From: Candidatus Bathyarchaeota archaeon
GTDB lineage: Archaea > Thermoproteota > Bathyarchaeia > Bathyarchaeales > Bathycorpusculaceae
Direction of reading: 5' to 3'
Assembly: GCA_963720565.1 (NCBI GenBank)
Contig: CAVRFW010000003.1
Location: 106,547-170,546 of the forward strand
Length of the DNA: 64,000 bases
The notes beneath the pieces are model-generated. The model ran no database searches. It saw only the letters and a program-made list of their open reading frames with translations, and was not told the DNA's origin. A program made the position numbers and the translations under genes. Positions 10,856 to 20,723 of the stretch are shown piece by piece; position 1 is the stretch's first letter; the number at the start of each line of letters is the position of its first letter.

Positions 10856-11655
10856 AACATCAACACTCCTGCTACAAGAACCAACACTGCGGCTCTGACA
10901 ACTTCGTTGGTCGCTCCCATCATGTCGCCAGATACTCCGCCAAAAACACTCTTTCCCACCTCTCCCATTAAAACTCCCAGAGCAACGCTGACAAGAATTA
11001 TCCCAACACCTGTCAAACCCAGAAGCGGAACAACAATTATAGTAGCAATCAAGTAAGCTATTACATTGCGCTTTCTTTTAGCGCTATCTAGAAAAATCGA
11101 TCCTAACCCTTTGTGGGTGGGTTTACCAACTACAGCGATTGTAACCACTGCCAACTTAGATGCTACTTCGGCAGCGATTAGTGCCAAAAAACCCGTTTCC
11201 ACATTTAGGAGAGCCAAACCGAAAAACGCCAAAAACTCGACAGCGATAGCCAAAACAGCACCCTTGTATGAAACAACCCAACTGTGCGCTACCGCTCGTC
11301 TTTCTTCCAGGTTGCCTGACCCCACGGCATTGCCCAAATCCACAAGTCCGTCAAAGTGCTGAAGCCCTGTCAAAACAAGCAGAAAAGCCACTGTCATTAT
11401 TGCAGGGACCAAGCTCAACAGAAACAAGGTCGGAACTTGAACAAGCAAGTTGACAAACAGGAGAATATGAGACAATAAGAAGCCAGAAACAAGAAAATAC
11501 GCTCCACCAAGCAGGCCAATGAAAGCCCCTATCAACGGAAACAAGCAAATGTGCTCGGCAGTCGTTACAACAAAATCCTCCGTATTGCCCAACGGTATTA
11601 TTGTGAAGAAAGAAAGCATATCCCTAAAAGTTTTTATAGCTTTCATCGGCGACAT
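10852..11655 (-). CDS. cobS: Cobamide 5'-phosphate synthase (copy 1)
   Basis: SFFTIIP, LTGLQHFDGLVDLG, FGGVSGDMMGATNE. Confidence 0.88.
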   Translation of the reverse strand: MSPMKAIKTFRDMLSFFTIIPLGNTEDFVVTTAEHICLFPLIGAFIGLLGGAYFLVSGFLLSHILLFVNLLVQVPTLFLLSLVPAIMTVAFLLVLTGLQHFDGLVDLGNAVGSGNLEERRAVAHSWVVSYKGAVLAIAVEFLAFFGLALLNVETGFLALIAAEVASKLAVVTIAVVGKPTHKGLGSIFLDSAKRKRNVIAYLIATIIVVPLLGLTGVGIILVSVALGVLMGEVGKSVFGGVSGDMMGATNEVVRAAVLVLVAGVLMF

Positions 11656-11692
11656 ATACCATTAACTCCTATAAATAAGATATAGCTTTGTC

Positions 11693-12634
11693 GTGAACTT
11701 CATGGTTCAACTCGAAGATAAACGAATACTGGTAACCGGGGGCGCTGGCTTCGTCGGTTTCCACTTATGCAAGAGGCTCTCAGAACTAACGCCTCAACTA
11801 ACAATATACGATAACCTGTCAAGCGGAAAACTTGAGAACGTAAAAGACGTACCAAGAGCAAAATTCGTAAAAGGAGATATATTAAACCCCGAAAAACTCT
11901 TTTCATTGCAAAAGGCTGACTTGATTTATCATCTTGCAGCCCAAGTGGTTGTTCCTTACTCTATGGAAAATCCCATCGAGGATTTCGAAACCAACGCACG
12001 AGGAACACTTAATGTGCTAGAAAAAGCACGCAAAGACGACTCAAGACTCATTTTTGCATCAAGCGCAGCGGTCTACGGTAACCCCGATAAACTTCCAACC
12101 GATGAAACCTACGGTTTCAACCCCTTCTCTTGCTATGGCTTGTCAAAAGTTGTCGGCGAAGAATACTGCAACATGTATGCAAGCCAATACGGCTTGGACA
12201 TCACAATTCTGCGATTCTCAAACATTTATGGCTCAAGATGCCACGGCGTTATCAACGACTTCTTGGACAAAATCAGTAAAAACCCAAGCAAGCTGGAAAT
12301 CATCGGAACAGGTCTTCAATCCCGAGATTTCATCCACATCTCTGATATTGTTAACGCTCTCATAATTTGCGCAAAAAACGAGAAAGCTGTGGGTCAAACC
12401 TACAATTTGGGCTACGGAGAGACAACAAAAATCATCGACCTTGCTAAGACACTTCTCAAAATTCTCAATCTGTCCAGTAAAACTGTCATAACAACAACCA
12501 ACGTTTCCTGGCATGGAGATGTCACTACCATCTGGTTTGACATAGCCAAGGCTAGGAAGGAGTTAAATTGGCACCCGAAAATGGCTCTTGAAGATATCTT
12601 AAGAGACATGGTCAAAGAGAGGAAAATCGGATGA
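11693..12634 (+). CDS. NAD-dependent nucleotide-sugar epimerase/dehydratase
   Basis: TGGAGFVG, YGLSK, RDFIHI. Confidence 0.93.
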   Translation: MNFMVQLEDKRILVTGGAGFVGFHLCKRLSELTPQLTIYDNLSSGKLENVKDVPRAKFVKGDILNPEKLFSLQKADLIYHLAAQVVVPYSMENPIEDFETNARGTLNVLEKARKDDSRLIFASSAAVYGNPDKLPTDETYGFNPFSCYGLSKVVGEEYCNMYASQYGLDITILRFSNIYGSRCHGVINDFLDKISKNPSKLEIIGTGLQSRDFIHISDIVNALIICAKNEKAVGQTYNLGYGETTKIIDLAKTLLKILNLSSKTVITTTNVSWHGDVTTIWFDIAKARKELNWHPKMALEDILRDMVKERKIG

Positions 12635-13524
12635 CTTCGACGTCTACCAAAGGCTTGCTTGCTCTTCTACGTCTGCCCTACTGGATGATGACCGGCGGAC
12701 TTGCGCTCCTGACTTCCTTCGCGATAACCAAAGGTTCGATAGACCTGCAAACCGCGTTTCTAACTTTCTTCTCAATGGCCTTCATAACATCGGCAGGTTT
12801 CGCCCTTAACGATTACTTTGACAAGGAAAGCGACGCCATAATAAAACCAAAACGCCCAATCCCTTCAGGCGCTCTGTCCCTGAAGCAAGTGGTAGCTGCA
12901 TCACTACTGCTTTTCGTAGTAGGTCTAGGCCTTTCCGCTTTCATAAATAAACTCGGTTTTCTGATCCTGCTTGCCGATTCCATTCTGCTAGTATTTTACT
13001 CTGCATTTATCAAAAGAAAATCTGGTTTTGCTGCCAACATCACGGTTGGCATCTTAACCGGAACCGCATTTCTCTTTGGTGAAGCAGTTACCCTAGGATC
13101 AGCTGTCTGGAACCCTACTGCTTTAACTCTTGCCTCATTGAGTCTCTACCCCATTGCCTGCGGGACAATCGGCGGTAACGTTCTGCGGGACATTCTTAGT
13201 CTTGAAGGTGATTCAAAGATTGGGTATCCAACGCTTCCCCAGAAAATCGGTAACTTCAATTCCGCAAAGGTTGCAGCTGTTTTCTTCATCATAACTGGAG
13301 TCCTGTCTCCTTTGCCTTATTTTATTGGAGGCTTCACAATGTTCTATTTGCCGCTTATCTTGGCGTGGGGCATTATCCTCATCTACGCCTCAATTCGTCT
13401 TATGCTTACAACTTCGCTTGCAGACGTGCGTAAATATGAACGAATGGTTACTATGTCTATGATTCTTCTACCACTGGCACTTGTTCTTGAGGCTCTATCC
13501 TCGCTGCTTGGAGGACTTGTGTGA
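12631..13524 (+). CDS. UbiA prenyltransferase, DGGGP synthase-like (divergent)
   Basis: NDYFDKESD..KPKRPIPSG; second motif RDILSLEGD. Confidence 0.88.
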   Translation: MTSTSTKGLLALLRLPYWMMTGGLALLTSFAITKGSIDLQTAFLTFFSMAFITSAGFALNDYFDKESDAIIKPKRPIPSGALSLKQVVAASLLLFVVGLGLSAFINKLGFLILLADSILLVFYSAFIKRKSGFAANITVGILTGTAFLFGEAVTLGSAVWNPTALTLASLSLYPIACGTIGGNVLRDILSLEGDSKIGYPTLPQKIGNFNSAKVAAVFFIITGVLSPLPYFIGGFTMFYLPLILAWGIILIYASIRLMLTTSLADVRKYERMVTMSMILLPLALVLEALSSLLGGLV

Positions 13525-14987
13525 AAAAGACCAAGAGTATTTGTCCAGAATGCCAGAAAAAGATTGATGCAGACTTAACTGTTGAAAATGGCAAAATCGT
13601 AATTACGAAGCTATGTGACGAACACGGGGTTTTCAAATCGACTCACTGGCAGAGTCCAGGTATCTACGATTATGCTGAAGCTTTTGATTACTTCAAGTAT
13701 TTCGAAGATCCAAATTCTTCCGCTAATCCTAACGGTTGCCCGTACGCGTGTGAGAACTGTGGAAACCACACTTCGGACACCGTAATCGGCGTGATTGATG
13801 TTACAAAAAAATGTGATCTCAAGTGCGCAGTTTGTTTCTCCACCTTCTCCGATCACATCGTTGATTATGAACCTACCAAAAACGAACTTGTAGAAATTTT
13901 GACCTATCTAAGTAAACGCAACCCTAAACCTCCCGCAATCCTTTTCTCAGGTGGAGAACCATTGGAACGCGAGGACATCCACGAGATCATTGGAACTGCG
14001 CACCAGCTGAAATTTATGACCATACTGGCAACCAATGGGATCCATCTGGCTGAAAATCCTGAGCTTGCTGAAAGGCTAAAACGGAACGGGTTAAACATTG
14101 TTTACTTGCAGTTTGACAGTTTTGCAGACTCTTTCTACGAGAAAATCCGCGGCCGTAAGCTTCTAGAACTCAAGTACAGAGCGGTAGAGGTTTGTCGCAA
14201 ACTTGACATGGAAATTATCTTGGTTACTACGTTGATGCGGGGCTTCAACGATGGAGAAGTTGGCAAGATCGTGCGGTTTGCAGCAAAGAACTCGGATATT
14301 ATTCGCGGTTTGATTTTTCAGCCGATAGCATTTACAGGTCGTGCCACCGACAATCCATTTAAGGAAGCATGGCGGGACTGGCGGTTCGCCGAGGATGTTG
14401 AGGATCAAACACACGGTGAAATCAAGACGGCAGACTTTTTCCCCTTGGGTGTAATGGTTTCGCCGATAAAGATAATGCGAAAATTCATGAAAAAACCTTG
14501 GCCGCTGTTTTCGTGTAGTCCCCATTGTGGCATCGTTAACTGGATGTATGTTGCAAAGAGTGGCAGAATTATTCCGATTAATCATTTCGTGGATTTCGAA
14601 CGGTTTTTTAGGATGATTCTAAAAACTGCTCAGAATGTTGAGTCTAAGGGTCGAATTTCTCTTCTTTCTTCGCTATTTATGGCAGCAATGATGTCATTGA
14701 ACATGCCCCTTGTCACCAAGGAAGTTGGCATATTCACCTTATTAAGAAGTATTTTGAAGATGCATATATCGCCAAGCTACCAGTCGCTGGGTCCTATCCG
14801 CAGAAAAATTTTCCTGCTGGGATGCATGGCTTTCATGGATCAGCATAACTTCGATGTTAATCGAGTGCGAAGATGCGTCATTCATTATGTTACCCCAAAC
14901 TTGAAGATTATTCCTTTTTGTGCTTACAATAATGTCCATAGGATTGACACGGAAGAAAACTATGTTGCCCGGCAGAATGTTGCCTGA
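13521..14987 (+). CDS. tes: Tetraether lipid synthase (Tes/GDGT-MAS, MJ0619 family)-like radical SAM enzyme
   Basis: N-terminal SICPEC..CDEHG and CPYACENCGNH; CDLKCAVC; CSPHCG; MAFMD..NFDVNRVRRCVIHYVTP..IIPFCAYN. Confidence 0.8.
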   Translation: MKKTKSICPECQKKIDADLTVENGKIVITKLCDEHGVFKSTHWQSPGIYDYAEAFDYFKYFEDPNSSANPNGCPYACENCGNHTSDTVIGVIDVTKKCDLKCAVCFSTFSDHIVDYEPTKNELVEILTYLSKRNPKPPAILFSGGEPLEREDIHEIIGTAHQLKFMTILATNGIHLAENPELAERLKRNGLNIVYLQFDSFADSFYEKIRGRKLLELKYRAVEVCRKLDMEIILVTTLMRGFNDGEVGKIVRFAAKNSDIIRGLIFQPIAFTGRATDNPFKEAWRDWRFAEDVEDQTHGEIKTADFFPLGVMVSPIKIMRKFMKKPWPLFSCSPHCGIVNWMYVAKSGRIIPINHFVDFERFFRMILKTAQNVESKGRISLLSSLFMAAMMSLNMPLVTKEVGIFTLLRSILKMHISPSYQSLGPIRRKIFLLGCMAFMDQHNFDVNRVRRCVIHYVTPNLKIIPFCAYNNVHRIDTEENYVARQNVA

Positions 14988-14993
14988 AAAGCT

Positions 14994-15512
14994 TTAGATT
15001 TGGTCTACAACTTCGATCTTCAAGACACAATAGTTGTGAGTGAATTCGAATTCCTCAGCGCCTTGGCTGCAAATCCAAAGTTCGTAGGCTACAGAATAAT
15101 TACCTGGGCTATTTATGGTTGTTTTCGCCATGATTTCCCAGGATTCATCTTTTTCCAGTGTTTTTACGTAGCTATTCGTCGGGTCAATTTCAACCGGCGA
15201 TGCTGAAATACTCCCCCTAATCACTTTTAACCGAACATCAAACTGAAGAGCTTCTCCCATGTGATTTTCAACCTTAACCCAAACATTTAGCGTGTCGTTG
15301 TAGTCGGTGACGAGAAGTTCAGGGTAGTCTATTGCCTTTTTCTGTGGATCAAGCAAGTAGATTGTGGTGTATCCTTCAGGTGGAAGTCGCGTTATTAGAT
15401 AGTAACCTATAACTAGGCTTGAAACAAGAATAAGCACTAAGCCAATTGATACGATGTAGCCTTTGTCGTCGCTTAGCTTGAGTCTCTCGTTCAAGACCTG
15501 AGTCGCTTCCAA
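14994..15512 (-). CDS. DUF1616-like membrane-anchored protein
   Basis: N-terminal TM; EGYTTIYLLD..KAIDYP; VENHMG. Confidence 0.7.
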   Translation of the reverse strand: MEATQVLNERLKLSDDKGYIVSIGLVLILVSSLVIGYYLITRLPPEGYTTIYLLDPQKKAIDYPELLVTDYNDTLNVWVKVENHMGEALQFDVRLKVIRGSISASPVEIDPTNSYVKTLEKDESWEIMAKTTINSPGNYSVAYELWICSQGAEEFEFTHNYCVLKIEVVDQI

Positions 15513-16204
15513 ACGAATTCTTTATGCATGAGTCCTTTAAGCATTGTTGTGAAGATTTCGATTCCTGACTTGAATTTTCTAAGCTTTGTTCTTCCGTACT
15601 TCCTTGACTTGTAAGTGGAGGGGACTTCAACCATTTTGAAGTCTTCCTTGGCGAATTTTACTAGCATTTCAGTGGCAAATGACATGTCATCCTCGTGAAA
15701 GTCAACTCTGCCGATTGCGTCACGTGATATCGCACGGAAACCAGATTGTGTGTCGCTGAGGAACTCCCCGTAAAGTAGATCGAAACAGAATGTTATTACC
15801 TTGTTTCCAACAAAGTTCATAAGTCCCATAGCTTTTTTCGGATCATACATGCGGGTTGCCATGCACAAATCTGCGTCTTTCTCGACCAGTTTGTCAAGCA
15901 GCATATTTATGTGGCGCACTTCGTAGGTTCCGTCACCATCAACCATGACCACAACATTGCCTTTTGCATGATTCATGCCTGTTCTGAGTGCAAGACCGTA
16001 GCCACGTCTAGATTCTATTATGAGTCTGCAGAAATTGGTGTCCTTAACTATTTCTTTTGTTCCATCGGTTGAGTTACCGTCAACAACGATTATCTCTTTG
16101 GGGTATGCTACTTCATTATGGATTGTTGTTAGTATCTCCCGTATGGTTCCAGCTTCGTTTAGTGTCGGAATCACTACTGAAACCATTTCTACATTTGATG
16201 TCAT
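15491..16204 (-). CDS. GT2 dolichol-phosphate glycosyltransferase-like
   Basis: VVIPTLNE, VDGNSTDGT, DGDGTY, DTQSGFRA. Confidence 0.92.
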   Translation of the reverse strand: MTSNVEMVSVVIPTLNEAGTIREILTTIHNEVAYPKEIIVVDGNSTDGTKEIVKDTNFCRLIIESRRGYGLALRTGMNHAKGNVVVMVDGDGTYEVRHINMLLDKLVEKDADLCMATRMYDPKKAMGLMNFVGNKVITFCFDLLYGEFLSDTQSGFRAISRDAIGRVDFHEDDMSFATEMLVKFAKEDFKMVEVPSTYKSRKYGRTKLRKFKSGIEIFTTMLKGLMHKEFVWKRLRS

Positions 16205-16252
16205 TCGATTGCGACTCCATGCTTGGAGGGGTTATATAGCTTGCGTTATTAC

Positions 16253-17425
16253 TTAAATAAGTTCTTCGTATATTTCCGCGAGTTTTCTCACGTTCTGGTC
16301 CCAACTGTATTTCTTCTCTACTTTCTCGCGAAGTTCGGTTCTGGAAGATGCTGATTTGCTGTTTGAAACGTTCAATATAGCTTCTGCAAGCGAGTATGGG
16401 TCATTAGGTGGCGCAATTTCTCCGTAGCCATCAATCATGATTTCCCTTATTCCCCCTACATCTGTAGCGATAACAGGCAGTCCGCAAGCCATAGCTTCAA
16501 GGGCGACCAGCGGTAAGCCTTCTCCAGACTTTGAGGGTAATATGAAAAAGTCGGCTGCGTTATAGTAAGAAGGCAATTCTTCGTCAGAAACGAAACCCGT
16601 AAGCTTAAAATTCTCATCAATTCCCAACTGTTGTATTCTTGCTCTGACTTGAGAAAAATCGGGACCTCTGCCAACAGCGAGAAAAACTAATCGCGGGTTT
16701 TTCTTGATTGCTATTCTCGCACTTTCTATTAGGGTATCGATTCCGTTCTTGTAAACAAGTCTCCGCACTGTCACAGCTACAGTCGCGTCGTTGGCTATCC
16801 CCAACTTTCTTCTCCTGTTTTCTCTTGTTTCAGTACTGGGTCTAAAACGCTTCAAATCAACCCCGTTGTGAATCACTTCAGTCTTTTCAGGGTCAGCTCC
16901 CAGTCTCAAGACATAGTTCATTGTCGCTTTGCTGACTGCGATGATTTTGTCAGCTGACCTGAGGATTTGGGTTCCTACGGTTAGGTCATTTAGTTTTTCA
17001 ATAGTGTTCCATATTCCTTGGTATTCTATAAACGTGTTATGTTGGGTAAGTATGAATGGCTTTTTGTATTTTTTTGCAAGTTTTGCAGCCACCAATGATG
17101 ATAGATACGGATGCCCGTGCGCATGTACGAGTTGGCTGGATTTCACTGCTTCCAAAAATGTTCTTGTGCTACCTATGCTAGGTAGAACGTAGGGTATTCC
17201 AAGTCTGAACCCAACGTTAAGTGAATCATAACATCGGACATTTATTCCGTCATAACGGTAGCTTTTTTCCGTGCCGATTCGGTTTGTCAACACCATTAGA
17301 TCAACTCCTTTCTGCATCAGCCTCTTGCCCTGCTCGTAAACGACTCTTTCTATTCCGCCGACATGAGGCAAAAAAGTGTGTGTTACGATGCACAGACTTA
17401 ATCGAGCCATGGTGTCCAACTGCAT
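16253..17425 (-). CDS. Glycosyltransferase family 4
   Basis: GGIE, HNGVD, EGLPLVALEAMACGLPVIATDVGG. Confidence 0.94.
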   Translation of the reverse strand: MQLDTMARLSLCIVTHTFLPHVGGIERVVYEQGKRLMQKGVDLMVLTNRIGTEKSYRYDGINVRCYDSLNVGFRLGIPYVLPSIGSTRTFLEAVKSSQLVHAHGHPYLSSLVAAKLAKKYKKPFILTQHNTFIEYQGIWNTIEKLNDLTVGTQILRSADKIIAVSKATMNYVLRLGADPEKTEVIHNGVDLKRFRPSTETRENRRRKLGIANDATVAVTVRRLVYKNGIDTLIESARIAIKKNPRLVFLAVGRGPDFSQVRARIQQLGIDENFKLTGFVSDEELPSYYNAADFFILPSKSGEGLPLVALEAMACGLPVIATDVGGIREIMIDGYGEIAPPNDPYSLAEAILNVSNSKSASSRTELREKVEKKYSWDQNVRKLAEIYEELI

Positions 17426-17562
17426 TATCTCCTCAATCTGTTAAAACTATTATAAACTTATGGTGAATCTGATGGAATTTCAAAACTTCATTATTTTTTT
17501 TGAAAAAACCAAGTAACAAAGCAAATTTGATATTTTCCTGTTCCAATATGTTGTATATAGGG

Positions 17563-18183
17563 CTATTGTTTTGTATGGGTTTTTGCGATTAGGTTCTCAG
17601 CTATTCTTAACTCGTGCAGGGTGTTGACGTTAACAGCGACTTCGTCGATGTCTAACAAGTATACTTCCTGATCTATTTCTTCCTCTTCAATTTTGAGTCC
17701 GTCAATTACGTTTATTCCTGCAGGAACCACCCATTTGTTATCCATCTTGAAGGCGTATTCTCCTCCTAACCCTAGTTTCTTCTTCGTTTCCACGGAGACC
17801 ACAACCGTTAGTGCATGTTTACCACATTTTTTATACCGAGCTAGTATGGTGTCTACAGCTTCTCCCGTAATCAACGGTAGGTCTGCCCCAACTGCCAAGA
17901 CAGTTTGCAGCTCCAGTTTTCTGATGGCGTAGCCTAGGTCAAAAACGTACTCTCTCCCAGGGGTCTTTATAATCGTCACTTGGAAACGTGTCATAAATTC
18001 GGCAGTTTTCGGCGTGTAATCACTGACGGCAACAGCTATCGAATCTACTTCTTTTGCGTCTTGAAGAGCTTTAAGAACATAAGTAATAACGGGTTTATCT
18101 CCAACAAGTAGGAGAGGTTTTTCGCCCGAGAGCGTCATGCGCCTGCCCTTACCACCGGCCATTACAAGCGCGGTTACGCCCAT
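17563..18183 (-). CDS. cobY: CobY-like NTP transferase (copy 2)
   Basis: MAGGKGRRM..EKPLL, ADLPL, GINVI, NVNT. Confidence 0.88.
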   Translation of the reverse strand: MGVTALVMAGGKGRRMTLSGEKPLLLVGDKPVITYVLKALQDAKEVDSIAVAVSDYTPKTAEFMTRFQVTIIKTPGREYVFDLGYAIRKLELQTVLAVGADLPLITGEAVDTILARYKKCGKHALTVVVSVETKKKLGLGGEYAFKMDNKWVVPAGINVIDGLKIEEEEIDQEVYLLDIDEVAVNVNTLHELRIAENLIAKTHTKQ

Positions 18184-18926
18184 CCCAACACCGCTATCAA
18201 AACGATTAGCGAAACCATGCGAGTAAGCTCGTTAGAGGCACCTAGCACATCCCCTGTTACTCCTCTGAAAAGTCTGTGACTGATTCCGACAATTACGAGG
18301 CTCGCTACAACAGTTGCAAGTACTGTTATTGCCCCCGCAAACCACAACAATGGAAGGGCTATTGCTAGAGCGATGGCTAATGCAACTACTAAGCGGCCAG
18401 TGCCTTTCCAACCATGCATCGCTTTTAGAAACGAGGAAGCCATTCCTTCGTGCACGGCTTTTCCTGCCCAAGCCCCAATAACCATTGAGAGTTTTGCCGA
18501 AACTTCAACGGTAACTATGCTTTGAATGATTACGGACGCGTCTAATTCCGCTATGCATAGGGCTGTAATTAGGTAAGTCATGATGCCTAGGCATAAGCCT
18601 CCAGCGCCAGTCAGCTGATCGTGCATGATTTCGATTTTTCTTTCCGGTGAACCGTGAGCCATAACACCGTCGCCGAAATCCAAAAGTCCATCTGTATGAT
18701 GAAGTCCAGTTATAAGTAGCAATACTCCCAACACTAGTGCTCCAACAACCAAGGAAGGAAGAAATTGAGATATTGCCCAACCGAAAACGCCGCCTAGTAG
18801 CCCTGTGAAGGCTCCCATTAGAGGAAAAACAAACATTGCTCTTGCGCAGTCGGTTAGCATGTCTTTGTCCATGCTTACTGGGATAATTGTTAAGAACGAA
18901 AAGAGGTTCTTGATTTCCTTAAGCAA
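18174..18926 (-). CDS. cobS: Cobamide 5'-phosphate synthase (copy 2)
   Basis: TGLHHTDGLLDFGDG, IMHDQLTGAGG, GVTGDVLGA. Confidence 0.93.
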   Translation of the reverse strand: MLKEIKNLFSFLTIIPVSMDKDMLTDCARAMFVFPLMGAFTGLLGGVFGWAISQFLPSLVVGALVLGVLLLITGLHHTDGLLDFGDGVMAHGSPERKIEIMHDQLTGAGGLCLGIMTYLITALCIAELDASVIIQSIVTVEVSAKLSMVIGAWAGKAVHEGMASSFLKAMHGWKGTGRLVVALAIALAIALPLLWFAGAITVLATVVASLVIVGISHRLFRGVTGDVLGASNELTRMVSLIVLIAVLGWA

Positions 18927-18939
18927 AATCTGAGCCTCA

Positions 18940-20040
18940 TCACTTCTTTTCCATTAGCAACTCGTAGTTCCTTTCTATCTCTTTAAGCAGCATTTCCTTG
19001 GTTATTGCTCCTCCGACTTTCGCCATCGCTGCTACGGCGGCTCCGCCAGCCCCGACACCTTCCTTTACTATGCCTTCTTCATAAGCCTTTAAGCCATAGA
19101 ACTTGGAACCTCCGAAACCGATGTCGGATGCTAGAATTGGCACGTTCGCGATTTGAGAAACAATCCCCTTAAGATCAGAAGTCTTGTCATTGATAATCCA
19201 TCTTGTGGTGCCAATTGCCACATTACATAGAACATCCTCGTTCAAGGCTTTCACAATTGCTAAGACAGCACTCATCTGTGTTCCTCCAGCCATCAACACT
19301 GGAACTTGAGCGGCCGCGCCTATGACCAAACCAGCTACTGCTGGCATCATTGGATCTCCCAGACAGGAAATTGCTCTTACAGGATTGTCTGCGAGACTTC
19401 CAAACCTCTCCTTAGCGGCGGATAGTCCTGTAGCGGTGATTTCGGTTTTCAGTCTATGCGGGTTGTCGGGCATGCTGCTGCTTACCTTGCCTTCAGCTTT
19501 GACACCCATTGCGGACAGAACGCCTAACGCCGTGGTTGTGCCTCCAGGAATGCTTTCTCCGATTACAAGATAGTCCGCTGTCTTGGCTAGTTGTTTTCCA
19601 GCGATTATAGCTCTTTGAACAACTTCATCGACATTGTCCACTGCGTTTCCGGTTCTTATGTCCCTGCCAGGGCTTCCGCCCAAATCCAAAAAGGGAACAT
19701 AAGGTTTCACCTTTAATCCTGCACTGGCTACTAGAATGGGTATGTCTGCCAGCTTTAAAGCTGACATCGATATCAACGCTGGGGTGGGTATCCCGCTAGG
19801 TGTCACAGGTACACCTTTTATGCACTTGCACTTGCCAAGGAGAAGTAGTTCAGCGTCTGCGGGTGGCGTGTAGTCAGTGAATTCTGGATGTTCTCCTGCT
19901 GCAGATATTCCGGGGATTTTGGCTGTTTCTGTTGTACCTATCGTGCAGATGAATAGGGGATTCTTTCCGTTCACTTCGTTGATGAATGCCTCTGCTTTCG
20001 TTTCGTTGTGTGCTAGTAGCACATCAAATACTTTCTTCAT
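18940..20040 (-). CDS. cobT: Archaeal nicotinate mononucleotide:base phosphoribosyltransferase
   Basis: IPGISAAG, GIPTPALI, GESIPGGTTTA, VKEGVGAGG. Confidence 0.92.
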   Translation of the reverse strand: MKKVFDVLLAHNETKAEAFINEVNGKNPLFICTIGTTETAKIPGISAAGEHPEFTDYTPPADAELLLLGKCKCIKGVPVTPSGIPTPALISMSALKLADIPILVASAGLKVKPYVPFLDLGGSPGRDIRTGNAVDNVDEVVQRAIIAGKQLAKTADYLVIGESIPGGTTTALGVLSAMGVKAEGKVSSSMPDNPHRLKTEITATGLSAAKERFGSLADNPVRAISCLGDPMMPAVAGLVIGAAAQVPVLMAGGTQMSAVLAIVKALNEDVLCNVAIGTTRWIINDKTSDLKGIVSQIANVPILASDIGFGGSKFYGLKAYEEGIVKEGVGAGGAAVAAMAKVGGAITKEMLLKEIERNYELLMEKK

Positions 20041-20060
20041 TTTCTATTTGCCTTCTTTTT

Positions 20061-20723
20061 TCAATGACTTTGAATTGCGTTATTTTCTAGCTGACCTGAG
20101 CCCTCCAATGTGGCTTTTCTGCTTTCAAGTATGTCTATTCGCTTTCCAAACAAAGGTCCATCGGTCACAAGCGTATGGTATTCTCCCTTTTCTCCGCAAG
20201 GATCAACATTACTGATTTCTGCAATGTCTTGGAAGAATTTCTCGCTTAGCCGTCTTCCAAGCCATTCCAAGGTCAACATTTCCATGTTAACTCTGACTAC
20301 GACAGCTTCGAAACCGGAGTTTACGAATTCATGGAAAATCTGGGTCGTGTTCTGCATCCATAGAGGTTTAATGGGTTTCAGCCCTATTTCTCTGCAGATT
20401 CGGTTTAACCATCCTTCCTCATGTAATGGAACCTCAAATATATCTCCAGTGACTAGACCTTGCACTCCAGCATTCTTAAGCTGTTGTAGAGCACTCTTGA
20501 ATTCTTGCTCGTAGAAGCCAGAAGTGGTTTCTCGTTTTGTTATAGGAATTCCAATAGCACTAGCTTGGGCATCCAGCAAGTCAGTTCTGATCTTGTGGAA
20601 ATTCGATTTGCCATCACTTGTTATCATGGTCAGAAGATTGCTGACTTCTAAGCCTTCCTGAATAGCTTTGAAGCATGCTAAGCAACTGTCCTTTCCCCCA
20701 CTCCACGAGACTGCCACTTTCAT
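20061..20723 (-). CDS. Diphthine-ammonia ligase-like PP-loop ATPase (DUF71)
   Basis: SWSGGKDS, GDIF, DPCGEKGEYHTLVTDGPLF. Confidence 0.88.
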   Translation of the reverse strand: MKVAVSWSGGKDSCLACFKAIQEGLEVSNLLTMITSDGKSNFHKIRTDLLDAQASAIGIPITKRETTSGFYEQEFKSALQQLKNAGVQGLVTGDIFEVPLHEEGWLNRICREIGLKPIKPLWMQNTTQIFHEFVNSGFEAVVVRVNMEMLTLEWLGRRLSEKFFQDIAEISNVDPCGEKGEYHTLVTDGPLFGKRIDILESRKATLEGSGQLENNAIQSH

